NCBI GenBank assembly: GCA_951406725.2
Contig: OX597828.1
Span: forward strand, 56,978,001-57,042,000
From: Octopus vulgaris
Lineage: Eukaryota
DNA length: 64,000 bases
Direction: 5' to 3'
The position numbers were made by a program, and so were the translations under genes. The notes under the pieces are model-generated. The model was not told the origin of the DNA and did not search any database. It saw nothing but the letters and a program-made list of their open reading frames with translations. Position 1 is the stretch's first letter, and each line of letters begins with the position of its first letter. This document shows, one piece after another, positions 1 through 12,856 of this stretch.

Positions 1-1378
1 TTATATATCGATCTACCTAATAAGACACAGGTTGCAACATGTTTTCATTTGTGGCGATTTAAATGTTATTGCTCTCCTACTACGTTTTCAAGGGGGATAA
101 ACTAAGTATCCCTTTCTTTCTGTGATAGCAGGGCAGACAGCCAGCACTATAACCAAAAAGACTGGCCACCAAAAACCTGCTTCTTCCTCGAAAATCACAA
201 CGGGAAAGCTGTGTCGTTAGTTGACACAACAAAATTCTTATTTCTTTATTGCCAACAAGGGGCTAAACACAAAGGGGACAAACAAGGACAGACAAAAGGG
301 AATAAGTCGATTACATCGACCCCAGTGCGTAACTGGTACTTAATTTATCGACCCCGAAAGGATGAAAGGCAAAGTCGACCTCAGTGGAATTTAAACTCAG
401 AACGTAACAGCAGACGAAATACCGCTAAGTATTTCGCCCAGCGTGCTAACGTTTCTGCTAACCCACCGCGTTATTGCCCCCACAAAATTCTGCTGCCACC
501 ACTCCACATCAAATAAAGGCTTATGAAAAAAATTGCGGAGGCCCTGAACAAGAAAGGAGTTACTTTCAAGTACCTGGATTCAAAACTTCCTCGTATAAGT
601 GAAGGCAAGGTAAAAGCAGGAATCTTTGTAGATCCTCAAATTTTATACTTGATGTGGGACAAGCATAGTGGAGAAGCATTAGCAGGTGTCGAAGTGAATG
701 CTTGGATTTCCTTCAATAAGTTTGTCGAAAAATCTTGGGAAACAGCCGCTTCCCAGAGTATGGAAAATGATCCAAGACCTGATATCAAGTTTGAAACAAG
801 ATGGGTCTTGAATGAATGTGAAAATGCATTTTTTGCACTCATATCTTGACTAGTTTCCCAAGAATTGTGGGGACTACAGTGAGGAAGAAGAGAAGCGGTT
901 CCATCAAGACATTTGCACCATAGAAACTCGATACCAGGGCAAATGGAATGTCAGCATGATCGCGGATTTCAGCTGGTCATAAAGACATGATGGTCCCGGT
1001 GCACAACACGAGCGGCAGTCAAAGCGCTCCTCCTTCATTTATATCAATATGTAGGCTAACAATTAGGAGCATATTTTTTACATTCGTTTGGTTTGATGTT
1101 GACAATTCTTATTCATTTCATTATGAACGTGGTTCGTTTCATGTTGATTTGCAAACCATATGTTCTTAAAACAAACAGAATGTGCTTTTCATTATTTACT
1201 TGATTTTAATAAAATAATTCGTTTAAAAAATCATATTTTATATTATTATTAAGTTGTATTTTACTCAACATCCTTATGTGACAGAGCAAATTTGTTTCGC
1301 TATCTTAAATCAGTAACCCAAGAATATGTAACATCCATGAATAGAAAGAATAAAATAAATCACGAATGTAGACGAGTG
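1..1378 (+). mobile_element. Decayed Chapaev3-like (CMC) DNA transposon, 3' portion
   Basis: Frameshifted transposase motifs LPPLHIK, FKYL..KLPRISEGKVKAGIFVDPQI, CGDYSEEEEKRFHQDI, RYQGKWN. Ends ...GTG followed by TTA. Confidence 0.7.
239..470 (-). mobile_element. tRNA-derived SINE with Nin/Deu-type domain, inserted in the transposase
   Basis: Contains GCCTTTCATCCTTTCGGGGTCGATAAA. Flanked by ACAAAATTCT at 229-238 and 482-491 (TSD-like). Related copies at about 9750, 10070, 20745, 53380 and 57385. Confidence 0.75.
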
Positions 1379-1896
1379 TTATACACCATGTGTCATTAAA
1401 TTTCATTGACCCAAATTATAATAGCTCGTATATTTGTACCAATTTAATAATTGTTAAGATGTTCATGTTAGAGATTTTGTAAACAAAAGGCAATTGGAAC
1501 AGCCCTAAGAAACGTGAGCCTAACAGTCTCTGCAAACCGATAATCACATTATTCTACACATTGAACTTGAGGGTGGTGGTTGCTATGCTGGACATGTCGA
1601 CTGCAATATCAATGCGTAACTCTCAGATAAGAAACACGATTATATCACACTTAAACTAAACAGGAAATATGCATGCTTCATTCAATGAAGAGTTTCCTCA
1701 TCATACATTCTACCTTATTCATCAAAATCAACATCATGTATATCTAACTGAAGTCATCATCACAAAAGCATCGAATTGCTTAGTATATCATACAGAGTAT
1801 TTCCAGCAAGATCAGGGATCGTTGCTTCGTCAACAAATAGAGTAAACCCACGAAATTTGAAGTGCATTTTCTAAAAGGGAAATATTCCGCACTGTA

Positions 1897-1929
<33 letters not shown>

Positions 1930-1935
<6 letters not shown>

Positions 1936-2130
1936 AACACATTTTATCAATTCAAAATGAACAATTGAATTATTACACCATCTAGAAAATTACATATAAT
2001 AGAAATATTAAAATTAAAATAACAATAAAATACCAATGATAAAGTAAATTGCAAAAATTTCTATTATATGTAATTTTCTAGATGGTGTAATTTAATTGTT
2101 CATTTTGAATTGATAAAAGGTGTTTTTTCT
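1930..2130. repeat. Fold-back palindrome within (TA)n
   Basis: Arms 1930-2006 and 2057-2130 are near-perfect reverse complements around a 50-nt loop. Confidence 0.9.
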
Positions 2131-2147
2131 CATTTTTATATATATAT

Positions 2148-2430
2148 GCCTTGTGAGGGGATTTGGTTGACGGAAACTGAAAGAAGCCTGCCGTATATAT
2201 GTATATATATATAAGTGTGTGTATGTGTTTGTGTGTCTGTGTTTATCCCCCTAGCATTGCTTGACAACCGATGCTGGTGTGTTTACGTCCCCGTCACTTA
2301 GCGGTTCAGCAAAAGAGACCGATACAATAAGTACTGGGCTTACAAAGAATAAGTCCCGGGGTCGATTTGCTCGACTAAAAGGCGGTGCTCCGGCATGGCC
2401 GCAGTCAAATGACTGAAACAAGTAAAAGAG
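2148..2430 (+). mobile_element. Abundant octopus-type SINE, 3' part
   Basis: GCGGTTC(A/G)GCAAAAGAGACCGAT...CAAATGACTGAAACAAGTAAAAGAG. Copies at about 15340-15505, 33645-33980 and 46820-46985 (+), and about 5915-6080, 20870-21160, 21440-21790 and 49870-50180 (-). Confidence 0.8.
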
Positions 2431-2635
2431 TATATATATTATATTATATTATATTATATTATATTGTGTGAAATTTGATTTAGTATTTCTAAATTGAATT
2501 TTTTTTCCTTTAAGTTAGGATTAATATTCCCTCAAATAATTATTATATATATATATATATTGGTGAGTGTATGTGTGAGTGTGTACGTGCATGCGTTCGT
2601 GTGTGTCTGCGTGTCTGTGTGTGTGTGTACAAATG

Positions 2636-2975
2636 AAAGCGCATAGCTCAGTGGTTTGAATTTCGAAATTAAAATCATAAGGTATTGAGTACGATTCCTG
2701 GACCTGGTTGTGAGCTTTGTTCTTGAGCAAGCCACTTTATTTCCACGTTGTTATATTTCACTCAGCTGTATAAATGACTTGCAACGTCATTGGAGCCATG
2801 GTCTATCGGCATTTGCCTTTCCCTTGAATAACATTAGTGGCATGATGTGGGGGGTGGTGCTGGTATGCTTAGGCGACTGCTGGTCTTCCATAAACAGCTT
2901 TGCCCGGACTTTGTATGTGCAATTCCATCGCCATCTATGACCGGAGTGAGTCTTTACCCTTCACCGTTTAGAGAT
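2636..2975 (+). mobile_element. SINE-like element
   Basis: tRNA-like head (GCGCATAGCTCAGTGGTT...GTACGATTCC) followed by a TTGTTCTTGAGCAAG core-like segment. Confidence 0.55.
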
Positions 2976-3011
2976 GAACAAACACGCACACACATACACA
3001 CACAAACATAC

Positions 3012-3041
<30 letters not shown>

Positions 3042-3043
<2 letters not shown>

Positions 3044-3340
3044 CACGTGATCAGGTGACCGACCAGGCATCAAGTGTTGCTACACATCGCTGGTCACAAT
3101 GCACTTCGTATTGTTTTAGCCTTCAATGACGCTACCCCGCTGGCTTAGCGAGCTGGCCAACAGAAGAAAGAGTGAGAGAAAGTTGTAGTGAAAGAGTACA
3201 CCAGGGATTACCACCACCCACTGCCGGAGACTGGTGGAGATTTTTGATGTCTTCGCTCAATAATCTCTCACAACGCTCGGTCTGGGAATCGAAACCGAGA
3301 TCCTACGATCGCTGCCCTAACCACTGGGCCATTGCTCCTC
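3042..3340 (-). mobile_element. tRNA-derived SINE
   Basis: A/B-box-like head (GCAATGGCCCAGTGGTTAGG..GGTTTCGATTCC on the minus strand). Partial + copy at 15596-15715. Confidence 0.7.
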
Positions 3341-3369
3341 TCCACACACACATACACACACACATATAC

Positions 3370-3451
<82 letters not shown>

Positions 3452-4229
3452 GTGTGTGTGTGTATATATATATATATGTGTGTATGTGTCTGTGTGTGTG
3501 TGTGTACATATTGATATATTATATGTAATGGTTCCTTATGGCTTGTTGTAGACACTTTAAGTTCTTTTAGGTTCTTTGCATTCAACTATCTCTATCACTT
3601 GCCCACCCTGTAACAACTCATCGCATTCTGTGCTCTTCACCTTGTTTTTGACTGAATACACTCGAATAATAAGTAATTTATGAATGTTGTTAATTCCCCC
3701 AACAAACTAACACCTAATTCGCACCTGCGTTTTGTAATGCTAATGAATAGCAATTTCGTTCTGCTATCTTTACCTTATTTATCGTCCTTCTTCCTCTCTT
3801 TTTCACTATACTGTGCTTCTTTAGTATTGCTTTCTATTTTTTCTGCCATATCTCCAATTCTTCTCTACAGTATCCCTTATTGACACTGTAATTGAAAGGA
3901 AATTTATTGAAAAGTCACAAAATTCTGCTGATATACTACACTTCAATAAATGTTTACATACATATATACATAATATCGTATAGTTGAGGTAATATGAGAT
4001 ACTGGTGTCAATGAGACCCAAAAGCGTCAGGTAATGCAGAATAAGTGCTATAGACAAACGGTCGTCGAAACTAACTTTGACTTAACTTTTCCGCTTACAC
4101 CGTTTCCGATGAACGGATATTATTATTAATTAATATTCTTGAAACAGCTGTTAGACGTTCTACTATAAATGTTCTAATATCTATACAGCCTTGGTTTTTT
4201 ATCTCATTACGCAAAATATTCATAATATC

Positions 4230-4279
<50 letters not shown>

Positions 4280-4294
4280 CCAACATATACCTAT

Positions 4295-5128
4295 GAGGAG
4301 GTACCTAAAAGACACACCAATTTCGCAATTTATGTAATACACTTGGATTTACCTGTTTATACTTATATCGCTTTCAAATTATTCTTTATTTGAAGCAATG
4401 TATTGGTCCAGATGCGTTTTCCGCTATTCAGTGCTGGAACTCTAGAAGTGATGTCTTTTGACGTCTCCGTCGATTTTTTTTTATTTTCACCTCTTCCAAA
4501 TTCTGTAGCACCACCTTCCTCACCAGTGATGCTTTCCGAGAAAAGGTCCGAATCATTTTCCAACTCTTCTTTCTGTTCACGACACACATTCAGTTTTGAC
4601 TGCTTTTAACCGTCCATGACTAAGCCTGGCCCAAATTTTGATGCATCAGGATTCATTCTCAATTCTTCGCTCAAAGTTTAAAAGCAGGAGCTACAGGACA
4701 CACCAGTCATATCAATAACTCCGTCAATTGTTCGGAGATGGTCCTCCAAAATCAGTTCATGAATTTTCTCAATTCGCCCTGAACGAAGTCGGACCTCAAG
4801 TGACATTTGACCAAGCCTAAAGTGGGAAAACTACTCATAAACATGTGTTTTACTCATGACAGATTCCTTGTAAGCTATTTTCCCGAGCAGAAAACATGAT
4901 TCCATGGAAGATCACTGTTCCTTCGTTTCAGCCATCGCAAAAATCAACGAAAAGTGGAGAAAAACTGAAAAGGAAAGACGCACTCTGGCAGCACAAATTC
5001 ACACAACAATGCCGTTTGACAGACTAATGTCTGGGGATCGCATCAATTGGATTCTAGCGGTGGAAACATGAACTACAACGGTTTTGTCCATAGAGAAACT
5101 TTCCGGTTACTTCTTGGTACTCCCATTT
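4295..5128 (-). mobile_element. Decayed mariner element
   Basis: Disrupted transposase (MSKTHVYE..FRLG, IHELILED, ..LFSESITGEE) with degenerate TIRs. Confidence 0.65.
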
Positions 5129-5262
5129 ATATATACCAGGCTGGCATGTATTATTCTTCTATTTCATTTCAACATCCTTCAATTTCTAACGTAAAAAAAT
5201 CCCTCACATCATACATAGAACTAATCATAATCATGTACATATACATACATATACGTATATGC

Positions 5263-5310
<48 letters not shown>

Positions 5311-5490
5311 ATAAATACATATACATATATATATATACATATATACATATACATAGATATACATGTATACATATACATATACATACATATGTACATATAC
5401 ACACATATATATATATACATATATACACACACATATATATATATATGTATATACATATATATATATATATATATACATTTATGCATACAT

Positions 5491-5547
<57 letters not shown>

Positions 5548-5549
<2 letters not shown>

Positions 5550-5753
5550 TAATCCAAACATGAAAACGCAAGGAGAAAACACAAAAACGCGAGGACGTGG
5601 AACAATTATAGTGTTATTGGACGCTCAGGAAAGGAAAGTAAGAAGGAGGGTTTAACGTTTCGAGCGGAGCTCTTTGTCAGGAACATAGAAAAAGGAAAGA
5701 TCAAAGGAAGGGAAGATGGAGGAAAAAATCTCCAACGATATAGACGCGGTCAC
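5548..5753 (-). mobile_element. ~200-bp hammerhead-bearing repeat in (TA)n, copy 1
   Basis: Homologous over its full length to 31295-31487. Confidence 0.8.
5650..5684 (-). ncRNA. Degenerate minimal hammerhead motif (G8A)
   Basis: Same family as 31384-31418. Core CUGACAA, one stem I mismatch. Confidence 0.55.
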
Positions 5754-5777
5754 ACACACACACACTCATACACACAC

Positions 5778-5912
<135 letters not shown>

Positions 5913-6122
5913 TACGACGGTTTTATTTGAATTTCCGACTACGAAATCCACTCACTAGGCGTTGGTCGGCCCGAGGCTATATAGTCGAACACACTTGCCC
6001 AAGGTGTCACACAATGGGACTGAACTCGGAACCATGTGTTTGGTAAGCAAGATACTTACCATACAGACACTCATGCGCCTATACACACACACACACAGAC
6101 AAATATATATATATTATTATAT

Positions 6123-6183
<61 letters not shown>

Positions 6184-6620
6184 ATATATTCGTGTTTATG
6201 CGTATATAATATACGTATAGAAATTATAGTGTAACCCTAAGGACACTTAGTTGCACTAATGAAGTTCTTGTTATCTGTATTCTAGATATTGGTGTTTCCA
6301 ATAGCTTATTTTTTTACTTCCACCTTTCTTTATTTTCTCGTTTAAAAGTTTACTAATATATTTAATTCAACGTTATGAATAAGTGATAATTTCATTATTT
6401 ATCATTACTGCCTTCTCCCTCAAAATTCCAGGCCTTGTTCCTAGATTAGAAAAGATTACTTACCATTAATTTATTTTTGAGCCATACATATTTACTCTGC
6501 ATCGATTTATGATAAGTTGTATTATTATGAACTAAAAGCTAGCAAAACCAATCCTAATCTGAAACAGACACTTCTATCTTAATGAATATATAAATACACT
6601 TGCGGGTTTCTTTTCAGGTA

Positions 6621-6655
<35 letters not shown>

Positions 6656-6778
6656 GCATGTATGTATGCACATCTATTATGATGAAAAATAATATTCATA
6701 CATACACATATGTATAAGTATTTATCTGTATATATATATATGTGTGTGTGTGTATATACATACATATTTATTATATGC

Positions 6779-6891
<113 letters not shown>

Positions 6892-6967
6892 TGTATGTGT
6901 GAGTGCATGTCTGTTTGTGTCTCTGTACGCATTTGTGTATAGACGTTATTTTTATTAATCATTATGA

Positions 6968-7018
<51 letters not shown>

Positions 7019-7325
7019 GTTTGTGATTATTAATATTATCATTTGTATTATCATGTTTATAATTAATATGAGCATTCATATATGAGTCTGTGTGGGGTGG
7101 TACATTAAGACAGAAGAAGGTAAAAGTAAAAAAAAACTAACCTAATTACTGGGTCCGTATGAGCAAATAAACCCTTGAAATTGGGTGGTGCCTTAGTATA
7201 TCTCCAGGCAATGATAAAAGAGTAATAATAATAATGCTAAAAATAATAAAGATATATATATATATAAATATATACACGCATATGTATACATATACATATG
7301 TATGCATATATATACATATATATAT

Positions 7326-7369
<44 letters not shown>

Positions 7370-7432
7370 GCATATATATATACATATATATATATATATA
7401 CATATACAATTGTAGATCGATGCGTATATATA

Positions 7433-7466
<34 letters not shown>

Positions 7467-7601
7467 TGTGTGTGTGAGGGTGTGTGTGCGTGTGTGTGTG
7501 TTTGTGTTTGTGTGTGTTTGTATAAAGATAGATAGATAGATATCTGCGCTACATTAGGTTTAATTTATCAAGTAAATATTCTGCGATAAAATATGTTCTG
7601 A

Positions 7602-7643
<42 letters not shown>

Positions 7644-8042
7644 GACTGACACACACACCGACACAGAGGCCGACAGACAGATACACACACACACACACCG
7701 ACACAGAGGCCGACAGACAGATACACACACACACACTAACGTTTATATATATATAGATATTTAATTTCCCTCCATGTAATAATTATATGTAGCCATAATT
7801 TTATATGCACATATAATATTTCTTCTATTATCAAATTTGTAAAAAACACATCGTATACTTAGCCATGTGTGTGGCTCCTTTACGTTTAGTGTGCAGTGGA
7901 TATGCATAATTCCTTTGTGTCTTTTGCAAGCATCTGTCTACTTATGTAGGCATACAAATTGATAAAAATTACCTTGTTCAAACCGGTTTTACACTTACAC
8001 GCACTTATACATACACACTCATGTGGTTGTACAAATGTATTT

Positions 8043-8122
<80 letters not shown>

Positions 8123-8142
8123 CATATTTACACGCACATACA

Positions 8143-8201
<59 letters not shown>

Positions 8202-8368
8202 CTGTTTGTGTGTTCTTGTCATTTTTTGTACATATATATTCGGTTTCAGCTGGTCATAAAGATCTTCGTCAGTATCTTTGGTGGGAACTCACCACTGATC
8301 CATCAATTGATTATCTTTTAAAAAGGTTTTTTCAATCCCTACTGTTGCATCATTACACTTACCTAATC

Positions 8369-9538
8369 ATGTTAAAACTTCAGATGCTTTGGTATATTTT
8401 GCTACATATTTTGCACGCTTCCTCGGGGAATTCGCAGCATAAGTTGAGAGAGAATCTGTTTAAGAATTATAGCAACACAATAAGACCTGTTCTGTACACA
8501 GACACAATCATTGATGTGGATTTATTTCTCTTTCCCTATGAGATTTACAAATTAGATTTAGGAGCTGGATTACTTACTGCAAAATTCGTTATTGGTTACA
8601 AATGGACTGATGAATTCTTAGTGTGGAATAAAAGCCAATATGATAATATATCATCAATCAAAATGCCTTTGGTAAAAGTTTGGGAACCTCATGCATACGT
8701 GTGTAATGCTCAAAAAGTATATAGAATCAGGACTCCAAAACCCGAAGCATTGATATTATCCAATGGCACAATACAAACAGCCACTGCGTGGGTATATACC
8801 ACCTACTGTAAAATTGACAATACTAAATATCCTTTTGACATTCAGAATTGCGAAGTAATCATTTGTTTACCGTTAAGTAAACTAAATAATGTGAGAATTA
8901 AAACAATTACGACATTTAAAAAACAAATTACCGTAGGAACCTGGAAAGTAGAAATAGACAAAGTGTTACCAAATTATAATAAAAGTATTTGTCATGCATC
9001 GTGGCACTTAACACTAACGAAATTATCAACACAGTCGAAAATAATAATACTTATTCCACCTTTTCTACTAACATGTGTAACGATTGCTACTTTTCTTTTG
9101 CCCCCAGATACGAAACAAAAAGTCACTTTTTCTACAAACAGTTTTCTATCGATAATGCTTTATTTATCAAACATGTCAAAGGATTTATCATCCCGCACAG
9201 CCAACCATTCTCTTCTATGGATATATGTCTTTTGCTTATCATGCATCAGCGCAATATCATGTATCGAATCGATACTTGTTTGTCGCATTTATGTTTACCA
9301 AAAGGGCCAGGATCAATGTCAAATGTCTGAAACAACAATATCATCGAATGACGACGTAGATATAAGTGAAACATGTAACAAACACTTGAATAAGAAATGG
9401 TTCGATGAAAGGAACACAATGAAGAAAAAATGCAAACATTTGAAATGTTTCCAACATAGATATATTGATAACTTTTGCTTGGTCTTCTTCACGTTGCTCT
9501 TTTTAATAATGGGTATAATTTTGAATTACAATGCATAG
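8369..9538 (+). CDS. Atypical nAChR-like Cys-loop channel subunit, chemotactile receptor (CR) family-like, 389 aa, single coding exon (gene 1)
   Basis: Likely true start ATG 8369 (MLKLQMLWYILLHILHASSG, signal peptide); the upstream part of ORF 8021 is largely microsatellite read-through. Motifs: L..Y....RPV, W.DE.L.W, WEP, Cys-loop C-KIDNTKYPFDIQN-C (13 aa), and four TM helices (IIILIPPFLL.., KVTFSTNSFLSIMLYL, LLWIYVFCLSCI.., IDNFCLVFFTLLF..). No loop-C CC. Confidence 0.93.
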   Translation: MLKLQMLWYILLHILHASSGNSQHKLRENLFKNYSNTIRPVLYTDTIIDVDLFLFPYEIYKLDLGAGLLTAKFVIGYKWTDEFLVWNKSQYDNISSIKMPLVKVWEPHAYVCNAQKVYRIRTPKPEALILSNGTIQTATAWVYTTYCKIDNTKYPFDIQNCEVIICLPLSKLNNVRIKTITTFKKQITVGTWKVEIDKVLPNYNKSICHASWHLTLTKLSTQSKIIILIPPFLLTCVTIATFLLPPDTKQKVTFSTNSFLSIMLYLSNMSKDLSSRTANHSLLWIYVFCLSCISAISCIESILVCRIYVYQKGQDQCQMSETTISSNDDVDISETCNKHLNKKWFDERNTMKKKCKHLKCFQHRYIDNFCLVFFTLLFLIMGIILNYNA

Positions 9539-10010
9539 ATCATTCCTTATAAAAAGTTGAAAGTAATATATTAAGTGTAGTATATTAAATTCTTGCACGT
9601 AATTTTATGTTACGTACTACTAGTTACAATCATCCTAATATTACTGTTATTTTTTATTATTATTACTATTATAATAACTATTATAATCATTTTTCTGGAT
9701 TTTGCTCATTTTGTCATTATTGTTGTTGTTATTATCGTTATCATTATTAAGGCAGCGACCTGGCAGAATCGTCAGCCGGTCGAGCAAATTGCTTAACGGC
9801 ATTTCATTTGTTTCTGCGTTCTGAGTTCAAATTTCCCCAATGATGAATTTTCTTTTCATCATTTCAGATTGGGTAAAAAAAAAAAAAAATACCATATTGA
9901 GGTTAATGTAATCGACCAACCCCACTCCGAAATTTTGGCCATGTGCCAAAACTTGAAGTCATCATCATCATCATCATCATCATATTCATTATTATTATTA
10001 TTATTATTAC

Positions 10011-10070
<60 letters not shown>

Positions 10071-10306
10071 GGCGGCGTGTTGGCAGTATCGTTAGCACGC
10101 CGGGTGAAATACTTATCGGTATTTCGTCTGCCGCTACATTCTGAATTCAAATTCCACCGATGTCCACTTTGCCTTTCATCTTATCGTGGTCGATGAAATA
10201 AGTACGAGTTACGAACAGGCTGACATTGATTTCACCCTGTCAAGGTCGATGTTATCGGATAGTCTTCTCCTCACAATTTTGAGGCTCTGTGCCTTTAGTA
10301 GAACAG

Positions 10307-10374
<68 letters not shown>

Positions 10375-11886
10375 CGTCAATATTATTATTATTAGTAGTA
10401 GTAGTAGTAGTAATATTTTATTATCATCATCATCAGTAGTAGTAGTAGTAGTAGTAGCAGTAGTAGTAGTAGTAGTAGTTGTTGTTGTTGTTGTAACTGA
10501 AGATGGTAAAAGAGTGAGTTGTAATGCAATAAATGCAACTCACTGAGCCTCACTGAGGCTTGTGACGAAGAAAGAAGTGTAAGATTGACCTTATATCGAA
10601 AGGATTTTACGTGAAGTATATAAGTTATCTAAAGTATCATCTTTTGTAATTCACTTATTTGGATCTGCCTTGTGGTTGGTCTATATACTTGTATTCTTTT
10701 CATGATATCATTCCAAGTTTCCCCATAATAATAGGTAATGTTGTTGTGTCGAGATGCTACATTCTTCCGATTTAAATCTCCACAACCTTATATTCGCTGT
10801 TTTCAAACATGCAGTGGCGTTTTTTTTCTAGTCTAGAGCTGCAAATCTTTTCAATATTATTTTTCACAACTAACTCTGGTCGGTGGGCCTGTATATTCTA
10901 ATCCGATGAACAGTGAAGTTCCAAAGCATTGCAACGCCGGCACGCTGGGCGACGTCTGGTGGGTTAAAGTCCCACCAATCGTTTTTGCGTGAGGGCAGTT
11001 GTATGTGTAGAAAATTGACAAGTATATGTACTAAGCTGCTCTGTCATGCATTTGCAAGTATTGTGTTTGTGCATCTATTGATTTTTGTGGTTGATTGTCT
11101 CAAAGTGTTCTCAGCATATGGAGCATGGTGTCTTGGTTTCAAATTTCAGGACATGATTCTGTTAATTTCTTGCCGAAATGGGCTGGTCCTAAGCAGCATT
11201 TATATGCCCATTAATTTCTGGTTCGAAACCAGACCATGACAGCCACTGATCAGTAAGTGCTGCTAAACAATATATTAATTGAAATGTCAAAATTGTGACT
11301 ATTGCCTGTAGCCTGAAAATAATATAACGTATAATGTACTGTCAATTTGATGTTTGATAACTCTATCGTATGAGATGTGTTGCGCTTGTTCGCAGGCAGC
11401 CCTCTGTCTGTATATGTGAATAATATCATTTACACTTTAACAGTGATTTAAGTTTTCCCAATCTAGATTCATTGAGTACTCTTCCTGGGTTAATGTTGCC
11501 TTCTAATGTTCTGTGCCTATGAGGCAAACATAGGCTTTGCAATATTATATAATTATTATTCTATCAGTAATATCCATTCGTGTACCTACACCTGGAGACA
11601 GAGAGCGATTGTGGTGCTTTAATTTTGCTTTCGTTGAATTTATTGCAGGAAATTATTGTCAGTTATAAATGCCCAGTATATTGAAGTGTTTTTACTGCAT
11701 ACAGTTTCAATTGCACATGTCATTGCGTTTTTAATGTATATTTATAAATATGGGCTATTATCACTTATAATATATGAGTCGGAATTATATATTATCATAG
11801 TAGTTGGTACTGATTATATTTCGGAATTTCTTGTATTAAAATAAAATGTACACTTTGTTATATTTGTATATTTCTATATGCATCTA

Positions 11887-12744
11887 TTGGGCTGAGGAAT
11901 AATTCATGAGCGATTTTATTCTCTTTTCAAATTTAAAAACGTACGTAGAAACAAAACACAATGGCAAAATGTTTTGTGAAATGTTATTTGAAAGAGAATT
12001 GTTTGATCTACAAGTTAGTATGCTTTGATCTTCTCACTTTATTGATTTGTGAATATTTTCAGATCATTATAATGGAATGTCAAGTGAAGAAGTCTGAGCA
12101 TTTTCGATACCATTTACTTTTTGCATTTAATCGAGGAGATAAGACTGCCGAAGTTGCTCGTGAGATTTGTGCAATTAATGTAGAAGGAGCAATAATTCAA
12201 AGTAGTTCGTTTTCGCCCTTCAGAATGGGAATTTTTACCTCGAGGACGGATCACACACCGATCGAGCAATTGAGATCGATGAAGAGCGATTGAATCAGTT
12301 TCTGCACGAAAATCCACGGCAAACGACCAGAGAATTGGAGAGGGATTGCGATAAAAAAAACTGTGGTGAACCACCTTCACGCAATGGGCATGGTTCATAT
12401 AACTCAAATTGGCCAACCGGTGTGTGATCCGTCTTTCGGGTCAAAATTCGCCGGTTTGTACTTTGAGGTATTGCTCCTTCTCCACACACAGCACAAATAT
12501 CACGAGCAGCTTCGTTGTGCTTAAGATCGAGATTAAATGGAAAAAGCAAATGGTGTTGAAAATGTCCACTTGATTTTAATGATATGAAAATACACAATCA
12601 ATAAAATTTACAAATCAAAACACCTTAACATGTAGAGCAAAACATTCTCTTTCACATAAAATAAAACATTCTGCAAGTGCGTTTTGTTTCCGCGTGCACT
12701 TTTATATTCGATAAACAACGCTCATGAATTATTCCTCAACCCAA
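11887..12744. mobile_element. Non-autonomous mariner built from two inverted 5' halves
   Basis: TIRs TTGGG(C/T)TGAGGAATAATTCATGAGCG with TA on both sides. The transposase N-terminus (HFRYHLLFAFN..AREIC) is on + and its homolog (HFQHHLLFPFN..ARDIC) on -. Confidence 0.8.
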
Positions 12745-12810
12745 TATATCTTTATAAGACACACTGAGAGAGATTGTGTGTAGGTGTCTGTGTGTGTATG
12801 TGTGTGTGTA

Positions 12811-12856
<46 letters not shown>

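Noticed and set aside
967-985. 19-mer TTTCAGCTGGTCATAAAGA also found at 8244-8262
   Set aside because: No extended homology; most likely coincidence.
2636-2705. tRNA-like sequences
   Set aside because: SINE heads with no complete cloverleaf.
8225-8280. Antisense CUGACGA...GAAA just upstream of gene 1
   Set aside because: Stem II does not close onto GAAA, and stems I and III are poor.
8021-8368. N-terminal 116 aa of the 505-aa ORF
   Set aside because: Largely (TA)n/(CA)n read-through. The signal peptide and paralog length point to ATG 8369.
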